A DNA stretch of 64,000 bases from Octopus sinensis (lineage: Eukaryota), in the NCBI RefSeq assembly GCF_006345805.1, contig NC_043018.1:27776001-27840000 (forward strand), given 5' to 3'. The notes below the pieces were generated by a model. The model saw only the letters and a program-made list of their open reading frames with translations, was not told the origin of the DNA and made no database searches. Within the stretch, counting starts at the first letter, position 1; each line of letters starts with the position of its first letter. The translations under genes were made by a program, and so were the position numbers. Of the stretch, positions 26,035-37,974 are shown in pieces.

Positions 26035-26385
26035 TTCTGGGTTCAGTCCCACTACGTGGCACTTTGGGCCGACCAAAGCCTCTACAAAGCCTCGGGCCGA
26101 CCAAAGCCTTGTAAGTGGATTTGGTTGACGGAAACTGAAAGAAGCCCGTCGTATATATGTATATGTATATATGTGTGTGTTTGTGTGTCTGTGTTTGTCC
26201 CCCCATCATCGCTTGACAACCGATGCTGGTGTGTTTATGTTCCCGTCACTAAGTGGTTCGGCAAAAGACACTGATAGAATAAGTACTAGGCTTACAAAGA
26301 ATATTTCCTGGGGTCAATTTGCTCGACTAAAGGCAGTGCTCCAGCATGGCCGCAGTCAAATGACTGAAACAAGTAAAAGAGAGTA
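26035..26385 (+). mobile_element. SINE family A (5'-truncated)
   Basis: GGGTTCAGTCCCACT...GGGCCGACCAAAGCC (duplicated)...GCATGGCCGCAGTCAAATGACTGAAACAAG. Confidence 0.8.
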
Positions 26386-26789
26386 AAGAGTAATATATGT
26401 AAATACTATACACAAAGCCCCTCCTCCCAAACCAGGCTGTACGCTTCCCTTAGGCAAACATCTTACCACCCAGTGGTAAACCTCTTACCACACAGCCACC
26501 CTTGTCCTGCGCCTCATATAATTAAAATCTCGAAGCAACACAATAATTCTCGATTAATTCAAAACTATGCGAATAAATATTTGTTGAGATTAATCTGAGT
26601 GTTAAATGGTTAAAGAAGAACCCTTGAAGGACCCTTGAAGGACCCTTGAAGTCGACATAACATTACATCAGTGATGAGCGAACTGCGGCGACGCGGAACT
26701 TTCTGAATGGTACATTTAACAAAATAATTCCCTTGATTTTCTTTTTGGTCAATAGTGCAGCCTGCTTGACGATGGCCCAAGTATCCAGC

Positions 26790-27101
26790 GTGGAGGCACA
26801 TGGCCTATTGGTTAGAGCAGCGGATTCGCGGTCGAGGGATCGCGGGTTCGAATCTCAGACCGCGGGATATGTGTGTTTATGAGCGAAACACCTAAGATCC
26901 ACGCAGCAACGGCAGCAGATAATGGCGAAACTTCTGCTGACTCTTTCGCCACAACTTTCTCTCACTCTTTGCTCCTGCATCTTGCAGCTCATCTGTGACG
27001 GACCGGCGTACCGTTCAGGTGGGGAACCTATACGCCAAGAAACCGGGAAACCGGCCCTTATGAGCCAGGCATAGCTCGAGAAGGAACAACCAACCAACCA
27101 A
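26790..27101 (+). mobile_element. SINE family C, full length with TSD
   Basis: GTGGAGGCACATGGCC head, GGTTCGAATC B box, (CAAC)n tail; TSD CCAAGTATC(C/T)AGC at 26777-26789 and 27102-27114. Confidence 0.85.
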
Positions 27102-27414
27102 CCAAGTATCTAGCGGCTCACCTTTTAAGAGAAATTTCCCATGTCTGCTTTATATGGCAATTTGACCTGCAAGAAAGAGGAACAAATTCTGGAAATCAGA
27201 GCCTACCTTCTTGGTAAATGAACGAAACAATTAATCTAGAGACATTAGAACCAAAAAGACAAACGAAAAGAAGAGAAGGATGTCGTAAGTGGAATGCTTT
27301 TCTGGAGTCAACATTAAGTTTCATCAGAGATAAAGTTGGGCTCTATAGCGTGTCCGTAAAGTCTTGGTGGCATTTCAAAACTATTTCAAAACAGTTATAC
27401 ATTATTTACATTAT

Positions 27415-27670
27415 TTACATTATTTATATTATTTACATTTGACGGATATTTGTCCTCATCTTGTTTGTTGTTAGCACAACGTTTCGGCTGATATACCCTC
27501 TAGCTTTCTTCAGGTGTCTTGGGAAAATTTCGAACCTGGGTTCCCCAGACACCTGAAGATTTCCACAAGAACCTGAAGAAGGCTGGAGGGTATATCAGCC
27601 GAAACGTTGTGTTAACAACAAACAAGATGAAGACAAATATTCGTCGAATGTAAATAATATAAATAATGTA
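27415..27670. mobile_element. Inverted-repeat element with a hammerhead motif on each arm (inverted pLTR pair)
   Basis: Arms ~27415-27527 and ~27560-27670 are reverse complements; right arm CTGAAGA-A-GGCTG-GAGGGTATAT-CAGCC-GAAAC-GT-T-GTGT. Confidence 0.8.
27570..27612 (+). ncRNA. Minimal type I hammerhead ribozyme
   Basis: CUGAAGA core at 27573, stem II GGCUG/CAGCC, GAAA, palindromic ACGU stem III, GUU site; mirror copy at 27473-27517 (-) with damaged stem II. Confidence 0.75.
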
Positions 27671-27741
27671 CATAATCTCTCATCTCTTAAATATAGGACA
27701 GTACTACACAGTTATATTCTTTTATTTTTAATTCTTTTTCT

Positions 27742-27938
27742 TGTTTCAGTCATTTAACTGCGGCCATGCTGAAGCACTACCTTGAATGGTTTCTATCGAA
27801 CAAACTAGCCCCGGGGCGTAGTACTTGCTCTATCGGATTGTTTTGCTGAACCACTAAGTTACGGTGACACAAACACACCAACACCGGTTGTCAGGCGGTG
27901 ATGGGAAGACAAACACACACACACAGACAGACAGACAG

Positions 27939-27999
<61 letters not shown>

Positions 28000-28185
28000 T
28001 GTATAGATATATATAAGACGGGCTTCTTTCAGTTTCCATCTACCAAATCCACTCCCAAGGCTTTAGTTTCCGTCTACCAAATCCACTCGCAAGGCTTTTA
28101 GAGGCTATAGTAGAAAACAATTGCCCAAGGTGCTACGCACTGGGACTGAACCCGGAATCAGATTTTTGGGAAAGCAAGCTTCTTA
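27742..28185 (-). mobile_element. SINE family A
   Basis: Same blocks as 1060-1448, with an internal duplication of AGTTTCC.TCTACCAAATCCACTC.CAAGGCTTT. Confidence 0.75.
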
Positions 28186-28339
28186 ATCCTTCCACGACTT
28201 TACGGACACATTGTATTCAAAGGATGCTTTTGGGTTTCTTTTTCTAGCACGTACCTACATCTTGAAATACGACTCATTTGTCTCTTGGATTTTGCTTTAC
28301 TTTAAGCTTCAACCCAGGTATTGACTCTTTACTCTTTTA

Positions 28340-28488
28340 CTTGTTTCAGTCAACTCGATCCCAGGACTTATTCTTCGTAAACCTAGTACTTATTCTATCG
28401 GGCTCTTTTGCCGACCTGCTAGGTTACGGAGACGTAAACACACCAGCATCGGTTGTCAAGCGATGTTGGGGGAACAAACACATACACA

Positions 28489-28584
<96 letters not shown>

Positions 28585-28986
28585 ACACACACATATATAT
28601 ATATATATACGTAGTTAATCCAAACAGGAAAACACAAAGAGAAAACAATAATGCGAGGACGTGGAACAAATATAGTATTATTGGACGCCCAGGAAGGAAG
28701 GGAAGAAAGAGAGTTTTACGTTTCGAGCGGAGCTCTTCGTCAGAAACATAGGAAAAGGAGAGATCCAGAGAAGGGAAGACGGAGGAAAAAAAACCCGCCA
28801 ACGGTGCACACGCGGTCATACATATATACGACGGGCTTCTTTCAGTTTCCGTCTACCAAATCCACTCACATGGCTTTGGTCGGCCCGAGACTATACTAGA
28901 AGACACATGCCCAAGGTGCCACGCAGTGGGACTGAACCCAGAACCATGTGGTCGTTAAGCAAGCTACTTACCACACAGCCACTCCT
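28340..28986 (-). mobile_element. SINE family A interrupted within its microsatellite by a pLTR-like fragment (28614-28819)
   Basis: SINE 3' half at 28340-28500, head at 28828-28986; the insert matches 24428-24633. Confidence 0.8.
28713..28747 (-). ncRNA. Minimal type I hammerhead ribozyme (intact core)
   Basis: GTTT-CTGACGA-A-GAGC-TCC-GCTC-GAAAC-GT-A-AAAC: stem I GUUU/AAAC, stem II GAGC/GCUC, palindromic ACGU stem III, GUA cleavage triplet. Confidence 0.8.
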
Positions 28987-29512
28987 ACATCTATTTGATA
29001 ACTTTATTTTTAAATTTACTAATAAATGTAGAAATATGATGATTCAAACCACTAAATTTGTTTTTACTAACATGTTTTCTTTTCTTTTAAGATTATGACA
29101 TATCCGAACTACGCTATCAACAAGCTTAGAGAACGCGAATATCACTCGACTCTGTTTGCTAAGCTTGCAATGGCTTCACAACTCTTATCACAGCAGCGAT
29201 ATGTTACAAGAGATATCAGAAAGATACACAACTTGTATTTTGACTGTCAACTAACTGACGGAGATAAAACACAGTCACCTCCCGAAATTTGTATTACAGC
29301 ATGTTTAAGTGGTTTGTATGATTGGATGAAGACAAAGGAGCCGTGAATGTCTTTTGCAGGGCCAGGGATTTTGACGGGAGAGGAAAGAAACGTAACTGTT
29401 ATTTTTAATGTCGTTAGTATTTAAGCGGCTCCTTCACATCCCCGCCACGACGACGACGATGACGACGACCACGACGACGACCACGACCACCACGACGACC
29501 ACCACCACTACC

Positions 29513-29722
29513 TATTTCTTTATTGCCCACAAAGGGGCTAAACATAGAGGGGACAAACAAGGACAGACAATGGGATTAAGTCGATTATATCGACCCCAGT
29601 GCGTAACTGGTACTTATTTAATCGACCCCGAAAGGATGAAAGGCAAAGTCGACTTCGGCGGAATTTGAACTCAGAACGTGGCGGCAGACGAAATACCGCT
29701 AATGTTTCTGCCAACTCGCCGC
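29513..29722 (-). mobile_element. SINE family B inserted in an (ACC/ACG)n tract
   Basis: Same family as 1-105 and 24812-25039. Confidence 0.8.
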
Positions 29723-30499
29723 CTTTTCCACCACCACTACCAGCACCAGCACCAGCACCAGCACCACCACCCCGACCACGACCACCACGACCACCACGAC
29801 CACCACGACCACGACCACGACCACGACAACCACGACCACGACCACCACCACTACCACCACCACCAACAACAACAACAATTTGTATACTGCATTGGGAGAC
29901 ACTGATCTTAATTCTCTCCAAGGTGGACTCAAGTCTATTGAAAGGGGAGAAGATATTAATGAAGATGCAACGATGGATGGTGTTTCTGAACTTTCATTAT
30001 GTCCACCCATCCTTCCTTCCCACCTTCCTTCCTTCCTTCCTTCCTTCCTTCCCACCTTCCTTCCTTCCTTCCTTCCTTCCTTCCTTCCTCCTTCCTTCCT
30101 TCCTCCTTCCTTCCTTCCTTTCTTTCTTTATTCCTTCCTTCCTTCCATTTCCTTTGTCCATTATTCGTATGAGTAGAGTCCTCTGACACCTAACAAAAGC
30201 AAACGTCGTTACATTTTCTGGATTGGATTCCCAAGCATGACCAGTTGAGACTATGGATATTATCCAACCATCTCGCTCTTGGTCTACTCCTAGGTTTCTA
30301 ACCAGTTTTCTCAGCTTCAAGAATCTGTCTTGCAATTCTATACTGTCACATCTAATTACACTTCCGTGGTACCGAAGCTGTGACGTCACAATTCAGAGAA
30401 AAAGCGGTTTGATCTGGAGACGCTCCTTGTTCTCCGAATTACGCTTATTATATCGAGTAACGTTATTCCAGAGATCCATTCTTTATGTTCCAAATAAAA

Positions 30500-31690
30500 T
30501 TCAGGAGAGAATATAGGTTCGAACGATCTTTAGAAGGATTTAGAACTGTCAGAAAATCAGGCAGAGCTTCTAACCTCTCGTTTGAAATAAAGGCATTTGC
30601 GAGAAGAAAATCCAACAAAGCATTCTCTAGAAAGCGAAATTTTGATTTAGCAGTATATTTCAAAGTGGATAGTCCTCTCTGTTATTATTATGGCACTAAT
30701 GGGCTTTTCCCAAGTTTATCTGAAAGGCGCAATAGCGATTTTTTTTATATAGATTCATCACTAGGAAGTTTAAAAGCTGTTTTATTGCATAATGGAAATT
30801 TAGGACCACCAAGCCCCATCGCTTATATTCAGTACATTTAAAAGAATCCTATGTTAACACAGAGATCCTTCTTAATACAATTCAATAGAACGATTACCGA
30901 TGGAATCTTTGTAGATATCTTAAAGTAATTACTATGTTAATAGGCATGCAAGAAGGATTCAGTAAGCATTGCTGGTTTCTATGTCTGTGGGACAGTCACG
31001 CTATTACAGCTCATTATTATAGAAGAAAATGGTTGAGCAGGTCTTCGTATATTTCCTGAAGAAATAATATTCAATCATTTCTTTTCCTTTAGTTGATCCG
31101 AAGAAGATATTTTTATCACCTTTTCACATTAAGTTGGTTTAATGAAGATATCTGTTAAGACCAAGAGGAAAGAAAATTCAAAAGGACTTCAATTTTCAAC
31201 TGGAAATATAAAAAAAAAATAAGCAAAGTGTGAGTTTTTATTGGAGTTCAGATCGTAGAAATATAAAAAGAAAATAGCTGTGATGAAACAATCAGAATAG
31301 CTGAACTAAAAGCTTGGCATGGCATGTCTTTAAATTGTCGTGTGCTAACTCCTTAGGAAATTAAAGGTCTTCTTTTCAAAAGGGAGTCGAGAAAATGATT
31401 GAAGCTTTCAAAAATATGGTTTGTTGCATGTCTCCTAAATTGCATGTCTCACATTTCACACCTAGATTTCTTTAACTGAAAACCTTGGCTTAGTTAGTGA
31501 CAAACAAATAAAGAAAGAGAGAGAGAAAGAGAAAGAGAGAGAGAGAGAGAGTGTGTGTGTGTGGTGAGAGAGAATGGATGGGAGAGAGATTTCACCAAAG
31601 ATGTCTAATCTACGGAAGCACGCTACCAAAGATTCTAGAATACAAAATGGAAGACTAGCGCTGGATGTTCATATTGTGATAGTGCAAAGC
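30500..31690 (+). mobile_element. Decayed DNA transposase, Chapaev3 (CMC)-like
   Basis: FYIDSSLGSLKAVLLHNGN, EGFSKHCWFLCLWDS, decayed HIKLGLMK, KAW...GN, MSxKLH..H.HLDF..NLG.VSD and GERFHQ..RYQ motifs in order; a (GA)/(GT) tract interrupts at ~31510-31580. Family name from recalled motifs. Confidence 0.7.
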
Positions 31691-31816
31691 CACATTTACG
31701 TTTAAGATTGCGGATATGTGTGTACTATATACATATTGCATACAAATAGTATAAATGTGCACAGGTAATAAAATTTATAGTAGAAAATAAAATATTAATA
31801 TGGTATTTTAAATATA

Positions 31817-32180
31817 AGGCGGTGAACCAGCAGAATCGTTAGCACGACGGACCAAATGCTTAGCGGCATATCGTCCGACTTTTCACTTCGAGTTTAAATT
31901 CAATTGAGGCCGACGTTGCCTTTCATGCTTTCGGGGTCGATAAAATAAGTACCAGTTGAATATTAGGGTTCACGTAATCGACTCCTCCGCTCCTGAACTA
32001 GCGAACTAAATGCTTAGCGGCATTTCGTCCGACTTTTCACTCCGAGTTCAAATTCAACTGAGGCCGACGTTGCCTTTCATGCTTTCGGGGTCGATAAAAT
32101 AAGTACCAGTTGAATATTAGGGTCCACGTAATCGACTCCCCCGCTCCCGAACTAGCTGGTCTTGTGCCAAAAATTGAAAC
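31817..32180 (+). mobile_element. SINE family B with internal tandem duplication
   Basis: AAATGCTTAGCGGCAT...CACGTAATCGACTCC occurs twice (~31854-32000 and ~32008-32155). Confidence 0.8.
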
Positions 32181-32224
32181 CAGTATAATGCTTTAGATAT
32201 TATATTATAATATAAAAGGGTAAA

Positions 32225-32558
32225 GAACACCCTTCGGTTATGAATGATCATGGGATTGCACCCGTAAAGTTATCCTCTGAGGCAAAAGTCCGGGTAAGGT
32301 TGTTTCTGGAAGACCAGCAGTTGCCCATGCATACCAGACTCCTCTCTCTATGCCACCGATGTTATCCAAGGGAAAGGCAAAGACCGATAGAGCTTGGCAA
32401 CAGTGACGTCACGACATATTTCTACAACTGAGTGAACTGGAGCAGCGCAAATAAAGTGTCTCGCTCAAGAACACAACATATAGCCCGGTTCGGGAATCGA
32501 ACTCACTACCCCACAACTGCGAGCCCGATACTTTAACCACTGAGCCATGCGCCTTCAC
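32225..32558 (-). mobile_element. SINE family D
   Basis: Reverse complement of the 3000-3315 family (GGCGCATGGCTCAGTGGTTA...GAGTTCGATTCCC...TGTGTTCTTGAGC). Confidence 0.75.
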
Positions 32559-32617
32559 GTAATGCCTTAATGACCAAAGGGAGTCTTTACCCTTTTGTCC
32601 TTATAGCATGATATATA

Positions 32618-32668
<51 letters not shown>

Positions 32669-33390
32669 TTATTTGAGGGAATAAAATCCAAACTTATTTT
32701 CTACCTATTATATACGTTTTTATTGTTATTTTTTGCAATTTACTTAATATTTGACATTTTATTGTTATTTTAATTTCAATTTTTCCATTATATGTGATTT
32801 TCTAGATGGTGTAATTTAATCGTTCATTTTGAATTGATAAAAGGTGGGTTTTTTGCGGCCTTCGGGCTAAAACATTTTTAAGGATTTAAGGATATATATT
32901 GTTGACGTCGTAAGAACTTAAAATTCTTCCAGAAAACGAGAAATAATTCTTTTATATTTTTAGAATAAAGGATTTCGAAGCACACAGAGCTATAAATAAT
33001 AACGTATAAATATTGGGCAGAACAAAAACTTTTTGGATAAATAAGAGTCGAAGGCTATCATATCTACAGGAGATGTGGGTTCGTTTCCCACGGAGAGGTT
33101 CGAATTTTCTATTTAACAGAGCAAGACGACTGAAGGAATTCATGTTATCTACAATAGCGACAACATGAATTTCTTCCATCTTCTGTTGGCCATGCTGCAG
33201 CACCGCCTTTGATCGAGAAAATCGAACCCAGGACTTATTCTTTGTTGTTATATCGGTTTCTATATTTTGCCGAACCGCTAAGTTACGGGGATGTAAACAT
33301 ACTAGCATCGGTTGTCAAGCGATGTTAGGGGACAAACACAGACACACAAACATACGCAAACATACATACATACATACATACATACATACA

Positions 33391-33442
<52 letters not shown>

Positions 33443-33599
33443 CAAAGTGAGATAGGGGTTGCAAATTCAACCCTCCATGGGATAACATATATCCAATATA
33501 TTACAAAGTTAATACATAAATGTTAAGAATTGCGATGCAATTAATTCATTTACTGTATTACATGGGCAAAGGTAAAATTATTTTTACCATAATTAATAA

Positions 33600-35579
33600 T
33601 ACAAAATCAGAAAATGGAGAAATACATATTTATTTTATTTATTTATTTCTATTTTATTTTATTTTATATATTTTTTAACTTTATTATTTCTATTGTATTT
33701 TTTTTATTTTATGTTATTTTTTATTTTTTATTTTATTCTATTTTGTTAAGTAATAACACTTAGTAACTTATAATAAATTTAATTTATAATTATTTACTTA
33801 TATATTATTTAATGGTGAGTCCGGTTAACTTATTGTATATATATTTATAAGTCCATTAATATTTAATATATATATATATATGTATGCGAATGTTTGCATA
33901 CACAGCAAAGGTAAATGTGCGTATATTTGTGAATATGCACGAATGTACGTATGTGTGTGTGTGTGTGTGAGTGTGTGTGTGTATGTGTAGATGTTAATAT
34001 AATTTTCCTGTACCTATATTGGTTTGATGGTGAGAGGTTGATTGGAAATAAAATGGTAATACAACGATATAGGAGTTTCAGTGATGTGATGGTATGTTTA
34101 AGAAATTACAGTGTTATTTTGATTATATATCGTAGAATAATAACGTATTTTGACTATTTACAATTAATATACTTGTATCTTAATTAATAGTATTTTCTGT
34201 TAACTTATTGTGTATGTATTTATACGTCCTTTGATGGGCATACACGTATTTTATATTTTATAATTTAGTAAATATTTGAATAGAAACATAGTGGAAATGT
34301 AAAGATATAGAAATTTTTTTTAATGGTAGAATAGTTTGTTTACGGAAAATACGGTGTTATTTTAATTATGTACCTTATGATAATTTACATTCTTCATCGG
34401 GGTATAAATGTATGTATGTATGATTGCATATGCGAATTTATGAATATATGTGAGTGGATCTGTTTGTAAGCATGTATGTGTGTGTAAGTGTGGGCTAATA
34501 TCTCTTATGTTATGTTGTGATTTGGCTGTGTATGTGCGTATGTGCGCACGTTTGTAAGTGTGCGCGTGTGGATGTCTCTCAAGTAACCAACCGTAAAAAA
34601 CATTTGTAATTTAAATTTAAAAGTATAAGCCAATCAATTTCCGGCGTTCGTTTCATAACTATTTCGGAAATTAATAATATATTAGTGTCACAATAGAAAT
34701 TATTAATTCACATGCATCTGTGGAAATTAACACCATGTAAACTGGACTGCTTTTTGTATGTATGTGCAAATATTTAATGCCTTGCATAATACTGTGGTAT
34801 TATTTTGGTCCCTAGTTTTGCTACTATATTGCTAATTATGTGATATATGTATTGTTTTATTAGTATTAATGTTATTAGAAATAAGAACTATGATATTAGT
34901 AGCATTAATGATATTGATAACAGTATTGATGTTAACATTAATGACTTTTTGTAAATTAATATAAGGTAATACTGACTCTATATATATGCATTGAAATATG
35001 AATATGTCTATGTTCTCTACGTTGTAATATCTTAATATTAAGTTGAAAAACATTGAATATGGAACATATATATATTTTATTGATTTATATTATTTGTATT
35101 ATTATGTATATGTATATGTGTATGTATAAGAGTATGAGTATATGCACTCATATATATATGTAAATGATTTTTTATGGGTATGTACCCACACTTATATGAG
35201 TATATATGTAATTTGGTTTATACTTTAGAATCTCCGAAGAGGCCTTAAGATATCTTTGTAAATGTCTCATTTTTAACTTCATATTGACATACTATACATG
35301 GCTAATATAGGTAAAATGAGGCATATTTATCTGCATGGCCGAAACAGCTATAAGATATAGTGTATATTTATATTTATATCTATTTATATTTATTTATTTA
35401 TATCCTCTTATAATGATTGTACCTATTGTATTGTATTACTCATTCATGTACGCTGTTTTGTTATATATTTTTATGTTTAACCTTAATGTTCTTATGTAGT
35501 AGTTCAATAAAGTATGTGATTGGGTATTATCTGGTAGTTGCTTAATGATGTAGATGTATTTCTCCATTTTCTGATTTTG

Positions 35580-35580
<1 letters not shown>
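33600..35580 (+). mobile_element. Non-coding AT-rich element with ~27-bp inverted ends and a hammerhead motif near the 3' end (putative non-autonomous PLE derivative)
   Basis: ACAAAATCAGAAAATGGAGAAATACAT at 33601 is the reverse complement of ~35554-35580; hammerhead at 35230-35356; 3' part homologous to 48758-49200 (-). Confidence 0.6.
35230..35356 (+). ncRNA. Type I hammerhead-like motif with long stem II insertion (degenerate)
   Basis: ATCT-CCGAAGA-GGCC-(~90 nt)-GGCC-GAAAC-AGCT-ATA-AGAT; stem I AUCU/AGAU. Confidence 0.6.
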
Positions 35581-35619
<39 letters not shown>

Positions 35620-36566
35620 ACGAGCTTCTTCCAGTTTCCGTCTACCACATCCACTCATAAGGCTTTGGTCGGCCCGAGACTATAGTAGAAGACACTTTGT
35701 CGAAGGTGCCACACAGTGGGACTGAATCTGGAACCATGTGGTTGGTAAGCAAGCTAGTTACCTCACAGCCACTCCTGCACCCACACACACACACACACAC
35801 ACACACCACACACACACCACATATATTATATATATATATATATTATATATATAATATATTAATAAATAAAATAAAAAATATGCATATATATAAACATATA
35901 TTACGTACTACCTACCTCTACATGTACTATACACGCATATATGTGAGTACAGGACACCAAAAGGACGTCGAACACAAAGAGAAACGAAAACAGACACCAA
36001 CCAAAGGAACTGGACATATATTTAAAAACAACAAAAAATAGAATACAGGACAATTAACACAAAGAAAAAAACCCTTCTTCAGTCGCTAAAGCTTTCATCT
36101 ACTCTACGTTTCGAAGGATAAAAGCGAGACGTATCTTCGACAAGAAATCTTTCCTTCCTGCGAAAAGCAAATCAATTAAAATTCTGAGATCTTTTCGCAG
36201 AGGAGTAAAAAATAGTAACAACAGGACAGTAACGACAGTGCAAATTGCAAACAATAGACGACAGGACAAGGAAAAACAAGATAAGAAGGGCTGTTGACGC
36301 CGAACGAAAAAAAGTATTACAAACGCAGAATTTTTTAGGGACGACGAGGAGGAAAAAGAGTGACGTCCATTATATATATATATATATATCAGAAATACTA
36401 AATTTCTAAATCTCTCGTATGTATATATATATACATATATATATATCACCGTGATCACCGTGACCGACCAGGCTGTCAGATGTTGCTACACATCGCTGGC
36501 CACAATGCACTTCGCATTGTTTTAGCCTTCGAGCAGGCCAATTATATATATATATATGTATGTATG

Positions 36567-36602
<36 letters not shown>

Positions 36603-36832
36603 ATATATATATATAATATATTATATATCTATACATGTATGTATATGTATGTATTTATGCATGTATGTATGTAGATATACTGCTATATTTCGGGATTGTC
36701 ATTTCGTTTATGTATATATATATCAGTATACACCATGTAGAAAAAGAAATGATTATGAGTTGAAAATATGTGGAAAACATATAAAAAGTGGAAGAGAAAT
36801 GCTTCCGTTTCACATAAACTAATATCTTTCTA

Positions 36833-37058
36833 TTGGGTTGTCCGGAACATTCGCGCCGATTTATAGTAGCTTACCTTTCGACTTACCCTCCCAAGCACCT
36901 CATTTCTGGGAAGAGGGTATTTTCAAGTTAAAGGAAAGATGGAGACGTTTTGTGCAACAAAATGGTTCATATTTGGTTGATTAAAAATGTAATGGCAAGT
37001 ATTTATTGACCTTTTTCTTTCCTTTAAAAATCGGCACGAACTTTCCGGACATCCAAAA
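36833..37058. mobile_element. Mariner-type MITE
   Basis: TIR TTGGGTTGTCCGGAACATTCGCGCCGATTT / AAATCGGCACGAACTTTCCGGACATCCAAAA with TA flanks. Confidence 0.8.
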
Positions 37059-37217
37059 TAATTTTTTTTTAAGTATACATATTTTATGGATGTCGTGATA
37101 TCCAACCGTTTTTCTCTTGTTAAATTAGCCTTTCAAGGGACATTGTGACGTAATCATTTCTCGATGGCCGCAGTCAAATGACTGAAACAAGTTAAAGGGT
37201 AAAAGAGTGATATATAT

Positions 37218-37257
<40 letters not shown>

Positions 37258-37930
37258 CTAAAGCGTGAATGTGGGTTGTATGTGTGTGTGTGTGGGAGTA
37301 TGAATAAATATTGTGTTGAAGTATTTAGCTATTTTATTTATTTTAGTTGCCTAGACATTTATGTGTATGTATAGGGATATATATATAGGTGTGATTTAGT
37401 GTATGTAGTTAGATATGGTTATATATAATTAGGTATATGCGTATGGGTGTATATATAGTTTATTATTATATTATTATTATTTTTTTTGTTTTGTTTATAT
37501 TTTATATTTTATATTTTATATTTTATATTTTATACTTTATATTTAATTGTTGATAGGTTTTTTTTTAGTTAATATTGTTTATATATTGATTATATGGATT
37601 ATAGATAGGTTATATATGGATTATATACTTATATTTTTTCATTCATACTTTAATTATTTTAAAAATTATTATTTTATATTAAAATATTGATTTTTAGATT
37701 GGAAGTCCCCTGAAGATTGTCGATCAAGACAAGAAACGATTGTAGTGGCGTGGTTTTTTTTGACTATTTATTAAAATTTTATGTATTGATTAGTCTTTCC
37801 TTGTTTGTTTTGCAAATAGTGGTTGTCTCGAATATATTTTATAATATTTTACTATAAAATCGATTTATTCCTAATCTGATTTTTTCCCTGTAATTTTGGA
37901 TTTATTCCCTAATATTTATTATTTATATAA
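37258..37930 (+). repeat. 5' pseudo-LTR (~675 bp)
   Basis: Near-identical to 45208-45892; most differences are 1-2-nt indels in runs. Confidence 0.92.
37706..37748 (+). ncRNA. Type I hammerhead ribozyme in 5' pLTR
   Basis: CCC-CTGAAGA-TTGTC-GATCAA-GACAA-GAAAC-GATT-GTA-GTGG. Confidence 0.8.
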
Positions 37931-37974
37931 TATATAATTTTGTATATTGAGTGTAATACCTCAATTTCGTAATT

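Noticed and set aside
29599-30186. Pro/Arg-rich 195-aa ORF
   Set aside because: SINE plus (ACC/ACG)n and (TTCC)n repeats.
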